Positions 36,803 to 50,464 of a stretch of DNA of 64,000 nucleotides are shown one piece after another. Source of the stretch: Lytechinus pictus (taxonomy: Eukaryota); NCBI RefSeq assembly GCF_037042905.1, contig NC_087263.1:11658001-11722000 (forward strand). The letters run 5' to 3'. The position numbers were made by a program, and so were the translations under genes. The notes below the pieces were generated by a model, which was not told where the DNA came from, did no database searches, and saw only the letters and a program-made list of their open reading frames with translations. How positions within the stretch are numbered: position 1 is the stretch's first letter; each line of letters opens with the position of its first letter.

Positions 36803-39603
36803 TTCTTGACAATTATTATCCAATAGAGCAAATTTATTACCCAATTATTAATTTTTATTACCCAGTTTGGGCAGATTTTTAACCAAATAGATAAAAGTTG
36901 GACATTTTTTGCCGAACTATTTTTAGAGTGCAGTAGGATAATTGCGACAGAATGTACTCATCATTTACAAATTACTATCCAAATTCGATCATTTATTTCA
37001 GTGTCTGTCAGTATGGGGGGGGGGGGGGGGGTAAATGCAAATGCTCCTCCTCTTAGAGCCACCACTACTCTCCAGTGGCAAATGATATTTAGCCATTGAT
37101 TGCATTTTCGATGATTGAGCGTATACATTATTTAATGAGATCTGTCAATGCACAAAAATTACATCTTTTCCTTGTGTGCGTGGTTTTGATTACTTGACGA
37201 TATGAAGGAAACAAGATCAAGGCAGAGACACATACAAATAATATGCAATGTCTCTACCACAATAAAAAGCATCGGCTGACGTTCTGAACTGGACCAATGT
37301 CAATGAACAATATTATGGTATTTAATCATTTAACTTTACATAAATAACCATCGAATATATTCGAATTGGCGTCCTTATAGCCTTGAGAAAACAGAGAGAA
37401 GAAGTATTTCAGGCATCACCGCTGAAATACGTAAAGACAAATCCCATTAAAAATAACCCTTCTCGAATATAGCTGCATCGATATAAGGGATCTGAAAAGT
37501 GGATTTCTTCAGCTTTCGTTGCATCCGCATTTCTCGTATATCCACGTATACCGTTCCACAACCTTGGATCTAATCGAAGAAAGACGAGGCTTCGACGAGG
37601 CAGGTGATAAAGCAATCGTCTGATTTCTAACCTGTTATCCGAACCATTTATTTCCCCCAAACCCCCTGTGTTGGATTCCGCGAGGATAATGGAAATAATT
37701 GATATGTAGTATTGTCGACTGAAGTGTTGGATATGTGTACCTATGTTTAGAACGTGGATGATCTTGTCGGATTGAGTGATATTTCTTAGTAATGCACAGC
37801 AAGGTTATCCGATCGTGCGCCGGGTAACCGAGTGCCAATCGTGCGGATTCAAGGATACACACGTCCTATAGCGCGTCATCTTTAATAAACATGTTAACAT
37901 CTTCATTAGATAAGAGACAAAACAAAACAGGGACTCTTCTTTGTAATTTGCCTCTCGTTTTTAAACAAAATGGGACTATAATGGCGTGATTTTAGTAAAT
38001 GCAAGATTTTACACTAGTGGGCAATTCAATAAAATATGTACGTCCGACCCCCTATATGTGGGACCTTCATGAATTTTTGTCTCTGATTTCTTGTTCTTTT
38101 GACAGTCTGTAATGTTCTCTTATTGACCATGGCTTGGTCAGTTTATGAAGTGAAGTAAGACTTGAAAAAAAAATGGTTGATCATTTTATGGAATTGCCCT
38201 AGTTTATTCTCTATATACAGTAGAGAAGCTTTCTCGCTTTGACTTCCTTTTTTATTGTGAAGTACAAAAACAACAAACATTATAATTACCTACAGAAAAT
38301 AGAGTGTGCGTGGAAAACATTGGTATTTTCTATACCCAAATATATACTATCGCAGAATGAGAAAGGGGATGTAATTAATGATGATTGCCTTTAATGGGAT
38401 CAGGGCGGCACCGGATTTTTTTTCTATGACCGTGGGGGGGGGGGCGGTGTCGTCATATTTCACTTGTAAAACAAGGGTTATAATAGATTTACACGAACCA
38501 CACTTCTCATTTCTATCATCTTCTATGTTCTTTATTCTCTTTTCTAACTCTCACCTCTTCTTCCCTCTTGCACTCTTTTTGTTTTGTCCAAATATAGAGA
38601 ATCGACTTTAAAGAGGGCGGCCAGGGAGGATTGTATTTAGCTACATTGTAATAATTCGTCAATCCATTTCCTTTCAATGTCATTATGGATTAAGTTTATC
38701 TGATCGAAGGACTTAAAAAAACACGACGTTCATGATAATATTACAACCTAAACATGCTGAACATCGAACTAGTCAAATCCAGCCAATTTGCCATCGATCC
38801 GAAAAATTGATAAGATAATGAACGAACCCTAAGTGCTTGGCCTGTCAACGACGAAACATCATCCTTTTTAAATTGAGAGATATATTCTGTCTTCGTCGCA
38901 TTAATGAAATGATATCCATGGACGTTTTTTTCTTTGCTGTGCATACCTTTTTTCTATTATTGAACGATGAAGCGAAATAATAAACAGCATCATTTTTCTT
39001 CAAAATAACATCTGTGGATATTTCAAACGCAGCTCTTTTTTCCATGTTTCATCCATTAAAAAAGCAATCAGTTGAAAATTCATTTATCGGACAATAGATA
39101 TTTGTCGAAATGAAATGTAAGAATGACAGCCCAATATGATTAGCAATACAAAACTTTTTTTTCAAAGCCAACGATTTGGTTCAATGGTAGCCTATGGATA
39201 TTTTCAAGTGAACACGATATTTCCTGTCAACTTTGTCAATAAACATTGAGATTTGAGACGCGCTCCGTTAGAAAAGAAAGCAAAACAAAATATGAAAGAT
39301 GGGCGTAGGATTGGTTGTGGTGTATTGATTTCAGAAAGTATTGAAAGAGGGAAAAGCGGAAACCCCAAACTTCTATTCTTTTTAGCCGGTTAGGGTGATA
39401 ATTTACTTTGATGAAGCAACTATTCGAAAGACCATTTATCAGTTGGGAAATCTTAACGAAAAGACAGGAGCCGAAGATGAACATACTCATTCAGAAAATG
39501 TTTTATGCCAATTTTTTACCCATTTCCTAATAAAGGGTTCATCCCTAGGCAAAGCCTATGGGAATTACAAAATTCAGTAGTCAATTGTTTAATATCGCTG
39601 TAA

Positions 39604-41075
39604 TTAATTGATTGATTGATTAACTGATTGATTGATAACGAATTAATTTCATTTCAAAATTTCAACAAAATTACAAAGTAAAGCGAATTATAATATAACG
39701 TAATGAAATGAAATAGAAACCGTCTGAAACGTAAAGCTTGTGAATGAAGGTTTCCATCAATAAATAAGACATATTAATACAAGATACAAAGTTACAAATA
39801 TATATAATATACAAATCATCATATCTTTCTTGTAGAAATTAAATATAAATCCTGGTAAAATACAATTTTTTTATCCTAATCTCCCAAGTAAAAATAAGGC
39901 TTGATGATACTACAAGGTATGAAAAAAGTGAAAAAGACACAAGAAACCAAACGTTACAAAAACAGGACATAACAGAGCGGTACGGGGTCAAGGCATGACA
40001 AAAACTATACAAGAACAAGACAAAAAATAGTACAAGAACAGACAAAATATAACAAAAACAACAAAACAAAGGACCAAAAACGAGTAAAAGAAAACAAACA
40101 ACCAAACAAAAAAAAAAGCTGCACAGGTAAATAGAAAAAGAGGAGATAGAGAAAAATAAGCGAAATAAAGGGAGAGGGAGGGGTGAGTGGGAAAGAATAT
40201 GGAAGAACGGACGATCCTCAAAATAGCCTAAGTAGACTGAATGATAAGAATGTATAATTATTAGTGAGATTAAAAAAAAACGTTCTATTAAACTATTAAT
40301 TGTGGGATTATTTCGTAAAGCTTGTGAAAGTGAGTTCCAAAGTTTGATGCCAAGAGACATGAAAAGTTTGTTTGTAAAAATAATGTCCTTGTTCTAGGTA
40401 AATGGAAAAGTTCAGCAGATATTGTAGGGTAGTGAGGTATATTGATATTTTTTGTAAACATATGATAAAATACATAAAATACAAGTATACCATGAGTTTT
40501 TAAAAGAACATTCGTGTATGCTCTATAATGAGAATGGCAATTAACGCGCAATGCTTTTTCTGGAGTAGTAAAAGTCTAGTCAAATGAAACTCAGCACTCC
40601 ATGCAATAATAAAAAAGTTCAAATGCGGGAGGATCCGCGTAGAGTACAAATTTAATAATATACGAAGTAGAACTTAACTTTATTTAGTATTCTAATATTC
40701 TGTGAAATTATTTACATTTATTATCTATATGTTCTTTCCATGACAGTCTGTTAGTCGATAGTTACCCATAGAAATGTCGTATTTAATACTCTTTGAATAT
40801 TGATATCATAAAAAATAATGTTACCTGGGAGTTCATCAATGATATTGCTTATGGTAAAATAATATATTTGAGTAATCGGCAAAAATAATAAATGATAAAG
40901 TATTTGAAGATTCATAAAAGTCATTCATGTAAACCAAAAAAGAAGAGGACCCAAGATTGAGCCTTGAGGGACTCCACGTGAGATAGATTTGGTAGGAGAA
41001 TTTAAATTTGCCATGGAAACATATCGCTGCCTGCTGCTGAGGTAGTTCCTGAACCACTCCGAGGCTATCCCTCTG
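39604..41075 (-). mobile_element. Old degenerate CR1-group LINE 3' portion (RT remnant)
   Basis: LEWFRNYL..RGVPQGSILGPLLF, VYMND..FIIFADYSN, FHLPRTRT, GIKLWNSL; (ATCA)n tail. Confidence 0.8.
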
Positions 41076-44000
41076 ATTCCAAAATAATTAAGCATGTATA
41101 AAAGGATATTATGATACTGATTAATATCCGAACAAAATAGAAATGCGTTTCTAATGGGTCTTTGACCATCAAGACATTGAATTCAATTATGTTACAACAA
41201 CAAAAAAGTGTTTGATTTCGCAGAACTGCCCTTGGCGCAGTTAGTAACATTATATGTACTGAGAATGTTTTATCAAATCATAAATGTTAAGTGACATTGC
41301 ATTATTTTAAGAAGAACAATATTACTGTCTCTCGCAGCAGCAAAATGCATTAGCCATCAGTGGACACGGGAAAAAGAAATTAACTGAGATGATTTTTTTT
41401 TCGTGGTTCAGTCTGCCTTTCTTCTTCAATTTCACAGCCTGTACACCAAAGAGGAGACGAATCCTCCTCAGTTCAGAAAGGAGTAAATAACCACGCATTT
41501 ACATGCAAAGGGAAATAAATTTATGTTGTAGTCATTGATTTTTTAGAATGATATTTGACAAATGTTTCTTCTATTTCTTTTGTCTCCTTATCATAGATGT
41601 CATATTTCTCTGTTATCAATTTCTGATGGATGGTGCCGTATTAAGCTGATGCGGATTCAGTGGGACAGTAGAAGGCACGACCCGTTGTAGAGAATGCATT
41701 TATTATCAATATTTCTTTTTACGGTAAAGCGAATTCGATTTTTTCTTTGTCTGAGATTCTGAAATACCTATTATAATTTCACTTCCTGTTTTATTACATG
41801 TCTATCTCTTTCACTCCATCTCTCCGCTGCTCCCCCCTCTCTCTCTCTCTCTCACTTACTTTCATTTTCGCCCTCTCTATCTCTCTGTCTTTCTTTGTAC
41901 ACACACACACCCACACACAGACATCCCACACGCACACACCCACACCCAATAAACCAATAAGTAAGACGCGCACTTTCATGACTTAGGTGCGATTGATCTT
42001 CTTTACTCTGCCTGGCTTTAAGTGATTACAATATTCATTTTTGTTTCTAGAAATGAGCCCCCCCCCCCTTTAAAAATAGTTTTATTTATGGATAAAAAAA
42101 TTGTCGCTAGGCTTTAGATAATGGGACAAAGTGATACCTCCTCTGCCATATATTTGCAGCGATGCGTTTTTCCTTTGAAAATTATACTTTGTCACATGAT
42201 CACGAATTGGCCAATCGTTTATCTGGAATACTCATAAATAATAATAAGAGGGATCAAATATACGTTCTCTTCAACGTTTAGGGAAGATAGCTACTTCCAA
42301 TCCAATCTGGATAATTCTACGTTTCATCTCTTTCTTCAACATGTATTATTATTAGGTAAATATTTTCGACATCACGTTCATAATATGAACGTCCGAGATT
42401 TCACCACGTTTAGCTGATATAGTTCAAGACTGAATGCTTACTTTCTAAATGAATGATAGATTGACTTTTGTACATGTACATTTCTAGTCCAATTCTAGTA
42501 TCAAATCAGAGAGCTGTCATAGCAAACTTTATCAATATCATCTGGTTATACTTCATACATGCCAACATCAAGAACATCTCAACCTTTTCTAATAACGCAG
42601 TGGAAGCTACCAAAACCAAGGGGAAGGGGGTGGGACAAGCAACTGTAGAAGATAATGTACTGTATAATGAGCGATGATTCGGACGCACTATTTCTTACGA
42701 TTTAAGAAGGGGGGGGGGTGTATATTACCTGGCTCTCGCGGCGCACCAAACATTCCAAAACCATCCCGCACTGCCGGAAATGTTCGCATTCCCGCATCAT
42801 TGAAGTTTATGGGTCCGCTAGCCACACCAACACTCGGCACTCGTCAGAGAATAACATCCAATTCAACCACCTAACCCTTCTCTCTGCCATTCCAATACCA
42901 CATCTCTCATCGGTATCACTGATTAAAGCCTGTCTTTCGCATCTCAGGTGAATTATTTCTCTCTCGGATCTACTCTCGATACCTGGAATACCGGTGGAGA
43001 TACATATACTAGACCTATACCAGCCAGTTTCCGTCTGTCTATCAGAGTAGGTGAGTTCTTGAGTGTCTTTACTTTACATTTTAGGGTGGTTGTTAAGTGC
43101 CCGTTGACACATCAATCTTTGTTTATAGGAAAGGGTGTTAAGTACTTGTTTGTATACCAATGTCTTATGGCCAACGTGTGATATCCTTGACAGCTTTTGT
43201 ATTTGGGTATCAAGTAGATCAAACACGTCAGAGGTGTAAAAAGGGATATAAAACGCAGTAATATCCCTTAAAAACAATCTGAATTTCGAGGATTTATCCA
43301 ATACATTGAGATAGGCTGTGAACAGTAATCGGCCGAAAATTTTATTCATTTTGAATCCGCTGGATTTAATTTTCAATCACTAAGAATTTAAATGTAGATA
43401 TCTCAGATTTAAGTTCAAATTACATTCTGGTTGGTTGGTCACTATTCCTATATCTATTCTATGAAATTTAGAATGTGTTTTGAATCGATCATCGGGATTT
43501 ATTTTTCAATCTTAAAGGATTAAAATGCTGACGTTTTAGATCTAAATTCAAATCATATTCTCATCTCATGTTAAGCAGGTCACTATTCACAGCCGATATA
43601 TATTTATTCTAAGATCCCTGAAATCTAAAGTGTAGAACGTCTGTGATTGTATTACTATGAAGTCTCAGAATTGAATACAAAATAATTCATTTTACAATCC
43701 CAATATACAGAGGAAACAAAATTAAAAAAAGGATTATTGAAATGCATTTAATTTTGGTATCTTTCCGGGAATTTGAGAAATTATAAACAGGAAATTAAAA
43801 AAATAGGCCTACGCGATCGAAGAAACGATTCAAGGAATATTAGGAGAAACAGGTTCAAAATATCAGGTAACTTTGTTCCACTATATTCATGATCTGGTGA
43901 GAAAGACTAATAAAACAGAATATCAATAATTCATATCAGATTGTAGACAAATTAACTAACATAGGCCTATAATTATAGCTAAGATGGGGGTGACGTTTGG

Positions 44001-44681
44001 GCACACATCCCTTAATAAAATCTCAGGACAATAAAAGCAAATGGGGGAAAATGCAAAATATGATATGATAATATGATATGATATTATGAATATTATGTGA
44101 AAATCAATCATAAAATTGGATTTACCTTGAAAATATTAGCTCATTCGTTCCACTCTCTTCCCGTGTTTTTTTAAACAAATTTGCCCTATACGCCATGGTG
44201 AGCCCCTTGTATTTCCTCTGCCCATTGCGCAACTGCCACCGGTAAATTTACTTATCGTCCCACCATGTGTGAATAGAAATAAATAGAAAAACACGATAAG
44301 AATAATCACATCATTTCTATTTTCATTAATATTCGTAAGTGTCTATACAAGTGTACTTCCTTGCCCAGTGGGTGTAAGATGAAATATCTACGTCTGGGAT
44401 CTCCCGATTCCCTTGGATTCACGGTATAGCTGATTATTTTACGACGTTACTGCACATCACTTGATGTCATCGAGTAAAACAACATTAATGTAAATTATTA
44501 AAACATGACGTATTTTGCTGGGGAATGTATCAAAGACAATGTATTGCTGGCTTTCCCATCGAGCGAAATTACATCAGTGTGAGTTAAAATCAAACATGTT
44601 TCTCAGGGAAATGTATTAATGTCAATGCTCATTAACTTCACATATATTTTGCTGGTACTGCGATCAGTCGTATAAATGTTA

Positions 44682-45413
44682 AATAGTAATAGATACTAGG
44701 ATTTGTATAGCGCACGTATCCACCTTGCTAGGTGCTCAAGGCGCTCCTATATTATCCCGGCTAAGCTATACCGTGTTTACACTTAATCGGCATTTGAATC
44801 GGCTCGCGGTTCTGAACCGCGAGCCGATTCAGCATCGGCTTTTTCATAGCGTGTAAACGCGAGCAACTTGAATCGGCTCGCGGTTCAGAACCGGCAATTT
44901 GCACCACCAAAGTAGTAGGTTCTGAACCGCGAGCCGATGCAGAATCGGCTTTTTGCTACGTGTAAACAGAAAGCCGAATTTGCACCGGCAATTTGTGCGC
45001 ATTTCAATTACTTTACCATTGTGACGTAATTGTAAGCGCACTGATCCAGCGTTGTCTTTATTATGACGTATATTGTTGGTATGCGTATCATTTCAGGTTT
45101 TTGCATCGGCTCGCGGTTCTGAACCGCGAGCTGTAACAACGTGTAAACGCAATCCAAATGCCGATTCTGCATCGGCATTTGGTTCTGAACCAAATGCCGA
45201 TTAAGTGTAAACACGGTATATGTCTTCCGATTCTGGTGCGCACAGCTTTTTGAGGAATTACTTCCTGCCGGTACGCAAGTGCCTCACCTGGGTCGAGTCC
45301 AGCACAGTGTAGATAAATTTCTTGCTGAAGGAAAACACGCCATGGCTAGGAATTGAAACCACGACCCTCTGTTTGAAAGGCGAGAGTCAGAACCACTATA
45401 CCACGATGCGCCC
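44682..45413 (-). mobile_element. tRNA-derived SINE related to 31080-31351, split by a MITE
   Basis: Shares CCACCTTG(C/T)TAGGTGCTCAAGGCGCTCCTATATTA and TTCTTGCTGAAGGAAA..ACGACCCTCTGTTT. Confidence 0.88.
44769..45218. mobile_element. MITE with perfect TIRs and internal palindromic repeats
   Basis: TA|TACCGTGTTTACACTTAATCGGCATTTG ... CAAATGCCGATTAAGTGTAAACACGGTA|TA; repeated ATCGGCTCGCGGTTCTGAACCGCGAGCCGAT. Confidence 0.9.
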
Positions 45414-46609
45414 AAAATGTTATAGAGGTTCTTATCAAAACAATTTCCCCAATGCCGATGAAAGCGGGAATGTTGATACATTTCCTATGTTTGTTCGCTT
45501 CCTCATCCCTCTCTCAGGCGTTTCCTGCAGGATGTCTTGTAAATGAAACATCCGAGGATGACAAATGTATTCACATTTTTTTGCTGAAATATGACGTTCA
45601 GTTTGAGATACCCTATCAATTTAGACTCTGATTATCTTGCCTATCTATTTGAATCGCTTTCTTTTATGCTCTTTATCTTACTTTATTTTACTCACACAAG
45701 GTTTAAAGTGAGTGTTGCGAAGGGGCTAACGTATACAATCATACGAAACATGAAATAGATTTTAATCGAAACAATAGCAAAAGAAATTATTATAATTCAT
45801 TTGTAAACCAAGCAAGCAATTATTTTCAAAAAAATCATTTCAGCAATGTAAAAAGAAAACAATTCCTGACGTTACAAAATGACTAATGAGAATGCGGATT
45901 TGTTAAGTTTATTATCACGTAGAGAGTAACAAATGTCGAAAATATATTTCAGGCTGCTCCATTAAATTGTCATATATTTTTTACATTATTCCACGAAGAA
46001 AATCAGACGCCCTAATTTTGGTTTTCCATGTTTACAATACACGTATTATTGATGGACTGAATGCCTGAGGGTGCCTGAATTGGTAGTTGGAAATCATGGA
46101 GCTACTGCAACATTGCGTATCCGACAAATTATGTACATGGATCAGTTTGATATTTGATTGCCATTTGACTATACATGTAGAATAAGAAAAATCAGAGATG
46201 AGAAATGTGCATATATTTTGTAGACCTGAATGGTAAATCAATTTGAATTTACTCATAATTCTGTAAATCTAGGCCTATTTATGCATAGTTTTATATGCAT
46301 GAAAATGTGGAAGATAAACGAATAGAATAGAAAGATCATCTTTAAACAAAATGCTCAAGAAAATAACCCTAAACCACTTATTCAAAAGCATTTTAAGGCA
46401 TATTGACTGTCTTCAAGCAAGTCAAAAAGGACGAAGCCATCAAAATCAAGTATTGGATAATTTTTCAATACGAAGGAGGCGGAGTTTTCCTTTTCAATGA
46501 AAACGGCGTAATCTTACTGCATTTCATATACATAAACACAAACCTTTCTATATTTAACTTGGGAAATTGCATTGATTTTCGACAAAAATGAAATAATTTC
46601 AATCAATAT

Positions 46610-46723
46610 TTGTGGTAGTGTCGCGGTTGTCTCTCTTGTCTATCATCAGAACGTCAAGTGTTGAATCGTGACGACACTATGCGCCTATTTACTTTTCTCC
46701 ACCCAAGTGTTAATTGGGTACTT
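46610..46723 (+). mobile_element. Degenerate SINE 5' half
   Basis: Eroded tRNA-like head followed by CTCCACCCAAGTGTTAATTGGGTAC, matching the central block of the other SINEs. Confidence 0.5.
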
Positions 46724-46808
46724 GGGGTGTTTCGAAAAGATTTAAAGCGCCCAGCCACTGACAAATCATGGGGAAATTGAAACAATACGAAATTTTAAGT
46801 ATGACTTA

Positions 46809-47013
46809 CCGCCCTTTCACACGGTAATTTGATCGTAATTTGAATGATAATTCCAGTGAAAAATGAGGTCTAATGACGAATATTTAGCACGTGCGAAACC
46901 AAACTTGAACATGATTAAAATCACGAACGCTAATCATAGTCACGATCACAATACGGGTTACAATAGCAATCATCATTACAATGATGATTCAAGATTCACG
47001 TGTGAAAAGGTCC
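46809..47013. mobile_element. Nested Harbinger-type MITE
   Basis: TTA|CCGCCCTTTCACACG ... CGTGTGAAAAGGTCC|TTA. Confidence 0.75.
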
Positions 47014-47174
47014 TTAGAGTCGCACTTAAATGCCTAGTTACGTGCGGTATAAAGGCTTGACCGCAATTGGCCAGATCGTGCCATGAGGACGCGCATTACT
47101 GGGTATCAATAATCATAATACGTATTAATTTGTTTATGGTATCAATCAATAGGCTAAGATTGCGCGTTGCATAA

Positions 47175-47578
47175 CGCCAAGCGCACACTATGCGATCCGA
47201 TACGACGCGATTTTTTTGATAAATCACATTTTGCATTAAATGTGACATTTTCAAGAAGTAAAATGATTTCATTTCAAGTTCGGCATAATATTAGGAATAA
47301 CTAAATCATAATTGTGCTTTGCGGCAAGCCCTGTGGTCGGAGTAAAGTCCAAATCGGCTTAAAGTCGCAGCCGATGATGATGTCATTACGATTTGGATTT
47401 GCTTTTATCCCTACAGAGAGGCTCGAACTATAATGAATTTTGATTTCAGTAGTTCTACCACTATTCTGAACTCTGATCGCAAATATTAATCGGTTGGAAT
47501 GTTCATGTCGAATGTTTTTTACTATTTCTTTGAAATTCAAGTCGGATCGCCGAAAAATCGCATAGTGTACGCCGGGCT
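47175..47578. mobile_element. Nested Harbinger-type MITE
   Basis: TAA|CGCCAAGCGCACACTATGCGAT ... ATCGCATAGTGTACGCCGGGCT|TAA. Confidence 0.78.
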
Positions 47579-48180
47579 TAACATCTACGCGTCGACATTT
47601 AAGTCATACTTAAATCTTTGTGAAACACCCTCGGAAGGATATGAACGTCAATAAGTTGGCTTAAAAATCAGAGAGTCTTGACTACCCATTTCTGTCATAC
47701 TCCCAAAGGTGGAGGGATGTTTGATATTCCGTATGCCATGTATGCGGAGGAGCCAGAATTAAAATGGACGGGGTAATAAAGCGATAAAGCCGCCGCGGCG
47801 CGCCGTGGTTTGCACTTCATTAATCACTATATTATAAATTGCATAGATAATATTATATTCGAAATCAGAAGCTCTCCTAAGGAGATCGGGGGGGGGGGAG
47901 GTGAAAGAGTGAGATTATTCAATTTCGAAGACCATCAGAATGTGAGCATCATTATATCAATCTTTTGATTTACCTATTTGTTCGAGCTACAGATGAATAT
48001 GGATTGTTGTTGACCTCGATAATTCCCCCATCCCCCTCTCTTTCTTCGTAACCATGCTTACTAGAAACATATTCGGAGTTCCATTCATCATGGAATATGA
48101 TACTACGTTCACACCAACTAAACCGTCTCCTAACCGGTCGATAGTGTCATTGTTGATAACGTTATAGCTTTGATCAATCT

Positions 48181-48463
48181 GGGCCGCGTCTAACAAAAGG
48201 TTACGATTGATCCGATCAATCTTAAGTTTATGGAAATCCATCAAAAACAAAAAATGTATGTCAAGATTTTTTTTCTTTAGGAAATTTGCTCAATGTCCTT
48301 TGAAAACAAAAAGAAGAATACTGAATTTGTTAAGAAAACATTGAATGTATGAATATACATCATTTTAGAAAATATTTAGATTTTTTTTTTTTAGATGTTG
48401 ACGTTGCTGGCTTTTCATAGTAACGATCGATCGGATCAATCGTAACTTTTGTAAGACGGGACC
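48181..48463. mobile_element. Harbinger-type MITE, family C copy 1
   Basis: GGGCCGCGTCTAACAAAAGGTTACGATTGATCCGATC ... GATCGGATCAATCGTAACTTTTGTAAGACGGGACC; inverted relative of 50184-50464. Confidence 0.8.
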
Positions 48464-49469
48464 ATGGAGTCGAATTTGCCTGTGTAACTGGAGCATAAGA
48501 AGCATACTATTACATGAATGTATGATGCACGTCTAAAGGATAATTCATAGCATTCGTTATAACCTATGGAAATTACAATCCACTTACCTCTTAAGTTGGT
48601 CATTCTCTTCAGTCTACTTTATTATTTTTAAGTGGGTCATTCTCTTCAGTCTGGTTTTATTATTTGTTTGGTTTGCTTTAGTGTAACAATTGTGTTTATG
48701 CTTCAATCAGATTGCGGATAGAGAATCGAAAAGAGGGGCGGCAGCATGAGATAGAGAGAGAGAGACGAAGGTGAAAGAGGGGGAGGGAGGTCATGTTTTT
48801 CTTATGATAAAATATATTCGCGTTCCATGTTTTCACGTATTTTTTCAGACTTTCCGTAAATATTCTTTAACAAAGGGAATGACATTACAAGCAAGGAACT
48901 GGCATTTTTCACTTGCGTTTCCCATGTAAAAGATATAGATTAAAGCAAAGATCTGCACACCCAGTTTTTTAAATAGTTCATTATTGAATCATCATTCAAA
49001 ACAGAACAAATTTTTCAAATCTCTATTTTCAATTATCACATTTTCCCCAAAAAATCCAAACAAGCTAAATTGCAAATTTGAAATCAAAATATACACAACT
49101 CTTTAAAGGGTAAAATTTCAAAAATGAACACTTATCCTAATTTTTATTATTATTCCCCAATCACCTTTTCATTTTTCAAAGGGAATATTTTGTAAAAATA
49201 TTCTGGCATATAATTATCTTGGAAAAGAAATCTCCTCCTCCCCTACTTGTCACAGATCCCGGATCTTTCTTGGATTAACGGTAGCATATCTTGTTTCACA
49301 GATAATATCTTTTCTCGAAATAGAATAAATCATTCCAACTTCACGAGCATGACGAGAGCACATTGTTTATATTTGACGTTACCCAACTTATTATGTCTCC
49401 ATGATCACATCTGCTAGTGATTAAAAGTCACTAGCAGACAGAAACTGAAAAAAAAACATATCACTGTTC

Positions 49470-49743
49470 CACTGGCGGAACAAGGGGGGGGGGTTGCCCC
49501 CCCCTTTTTGAGAGGCACAATTAAATTTTGGAATGTAAAGATGCCGTTCAAACAGAAGTGTGCCCTCCCCCCTTTGAAAGTGAAGACCTTTTTTTTTGGG
49601 GGGGGGGTTGTTTGCTTGTCAAATGTTTTCGTGGACGAAATATGCTTATTCTTGTTTAAAAACCTTGTTTTTTGGCTTGTGAAATTTTTGTTCAGGGAAA
49701 TGTGCCCCCCCCCCCCCCTTGGAAAATCCTGGATCCGCCCCTA
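49470..49743. mobile_element. hAT-type MITE
   Basis: CACTGTTC|CACTGGCGG ... GGATCCGCCCCTA|CATTGTTC; 8-bp TSD (7 of 8); inverted relative of 22977-23234. Confidence 0.82.
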
Positions 49744-50183
49744 CATTGTTCATACAGGAAATCAGGGAGGGGCTAGTGTCTTTGAAACAGGACGGCAAAA
49801 CGACGTTAAAGATTTTTTTTTGTTCCAGTTGAAGTACGGGGATAAAATTCAGAATAGTTTCACGACCAAGACCTCTGAGTTTTTTTTTTTTTTAAGGAGG
49901 TGCCTTTTTCTCCCGTCTTCCTAATACGTTCCCGAAACTTCCACTTCGTTTTTCCTTTGCCTATTTTTGTAATATTTTGTATGCAATTTCGGTTAATCAC
50001 CATAGTTCGTCTTATCAAGAAAGATGCCGTTCACTCTCCATTTTGTAGTTTAGTTTTGCGATAATATGAGTTTTATATCATGAATATGAAGTATATCAAT
50101 GATTCTGTATATTTATGCACTTATGCATTTCCAATGTTTCATACTTGTTTCTATTATATATTCCCGAGCCCCACGTGAGACCA

Positions 50184-50464
50184 GGGCCGCGTCTTACAAA
50201 GAGTTATACGATTGATCTGATCAATCGCAACTATGGAAAGCCAGCTACGTCAACATCTATTATGCATGCTTGATAACAATATTTCCTAGCTATGGATGTA
50301 TGTATATTCATGCATTCATTGTTTTCTTGAAAACTCACTGTGCTTCTCTTTGCATACAAAGGACATTGTGCAAATTTTTCGTAGAAAAAAAATTATGACA
50401 TTGATGGATTTCCATAGAGTTACGATTGATCGGATCAATCCTAAGTCTTTGTAAGACGGGGCCC
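50184..50464. mobile_element. Harbinger-type MITE, family C copy 2
   Basis: GGGCCGCGTCTTACAAAGAGTTA ... TAAGTCTTTGTAAGACGGGGCCC. Confidence 0.8.

Larger units (their letters stand above)
29457..36930. mobile_element. CACT-type MITE split by a (TA)n tract with nested insertions (halves ~29457-29518 and ~36802-36930)
   Basis: Left CTCACTTAAAATGTTGGGCAACATACTGTCCA resembles the reverse complement of the right end CACTCTAAAAATAGTTCGGCAAAAAATGTCCA; TTGGGTAA/TTACCCAA repeats as in 5930-6157. Confidence 0.55.
46724..47631. mobile_element. PIF/Harbinger-type MITE hosting nested insertions
   Basis: GGGGTGTTTCGAAAAGATTTAA ... TTAAATCTTTGTGAAACACCCT. Confidence 0.75.

Noticed and set aside
39839..40360. 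173-aa hydrophobic ORF resembling a membrane protein (also 23504-23983 and 35437-35746)
   Set aside because: T-rich LINE UTR or CT-rich low-complexity sequence; only the first residues of 39839-40360 are a LINE ORF2 remnant
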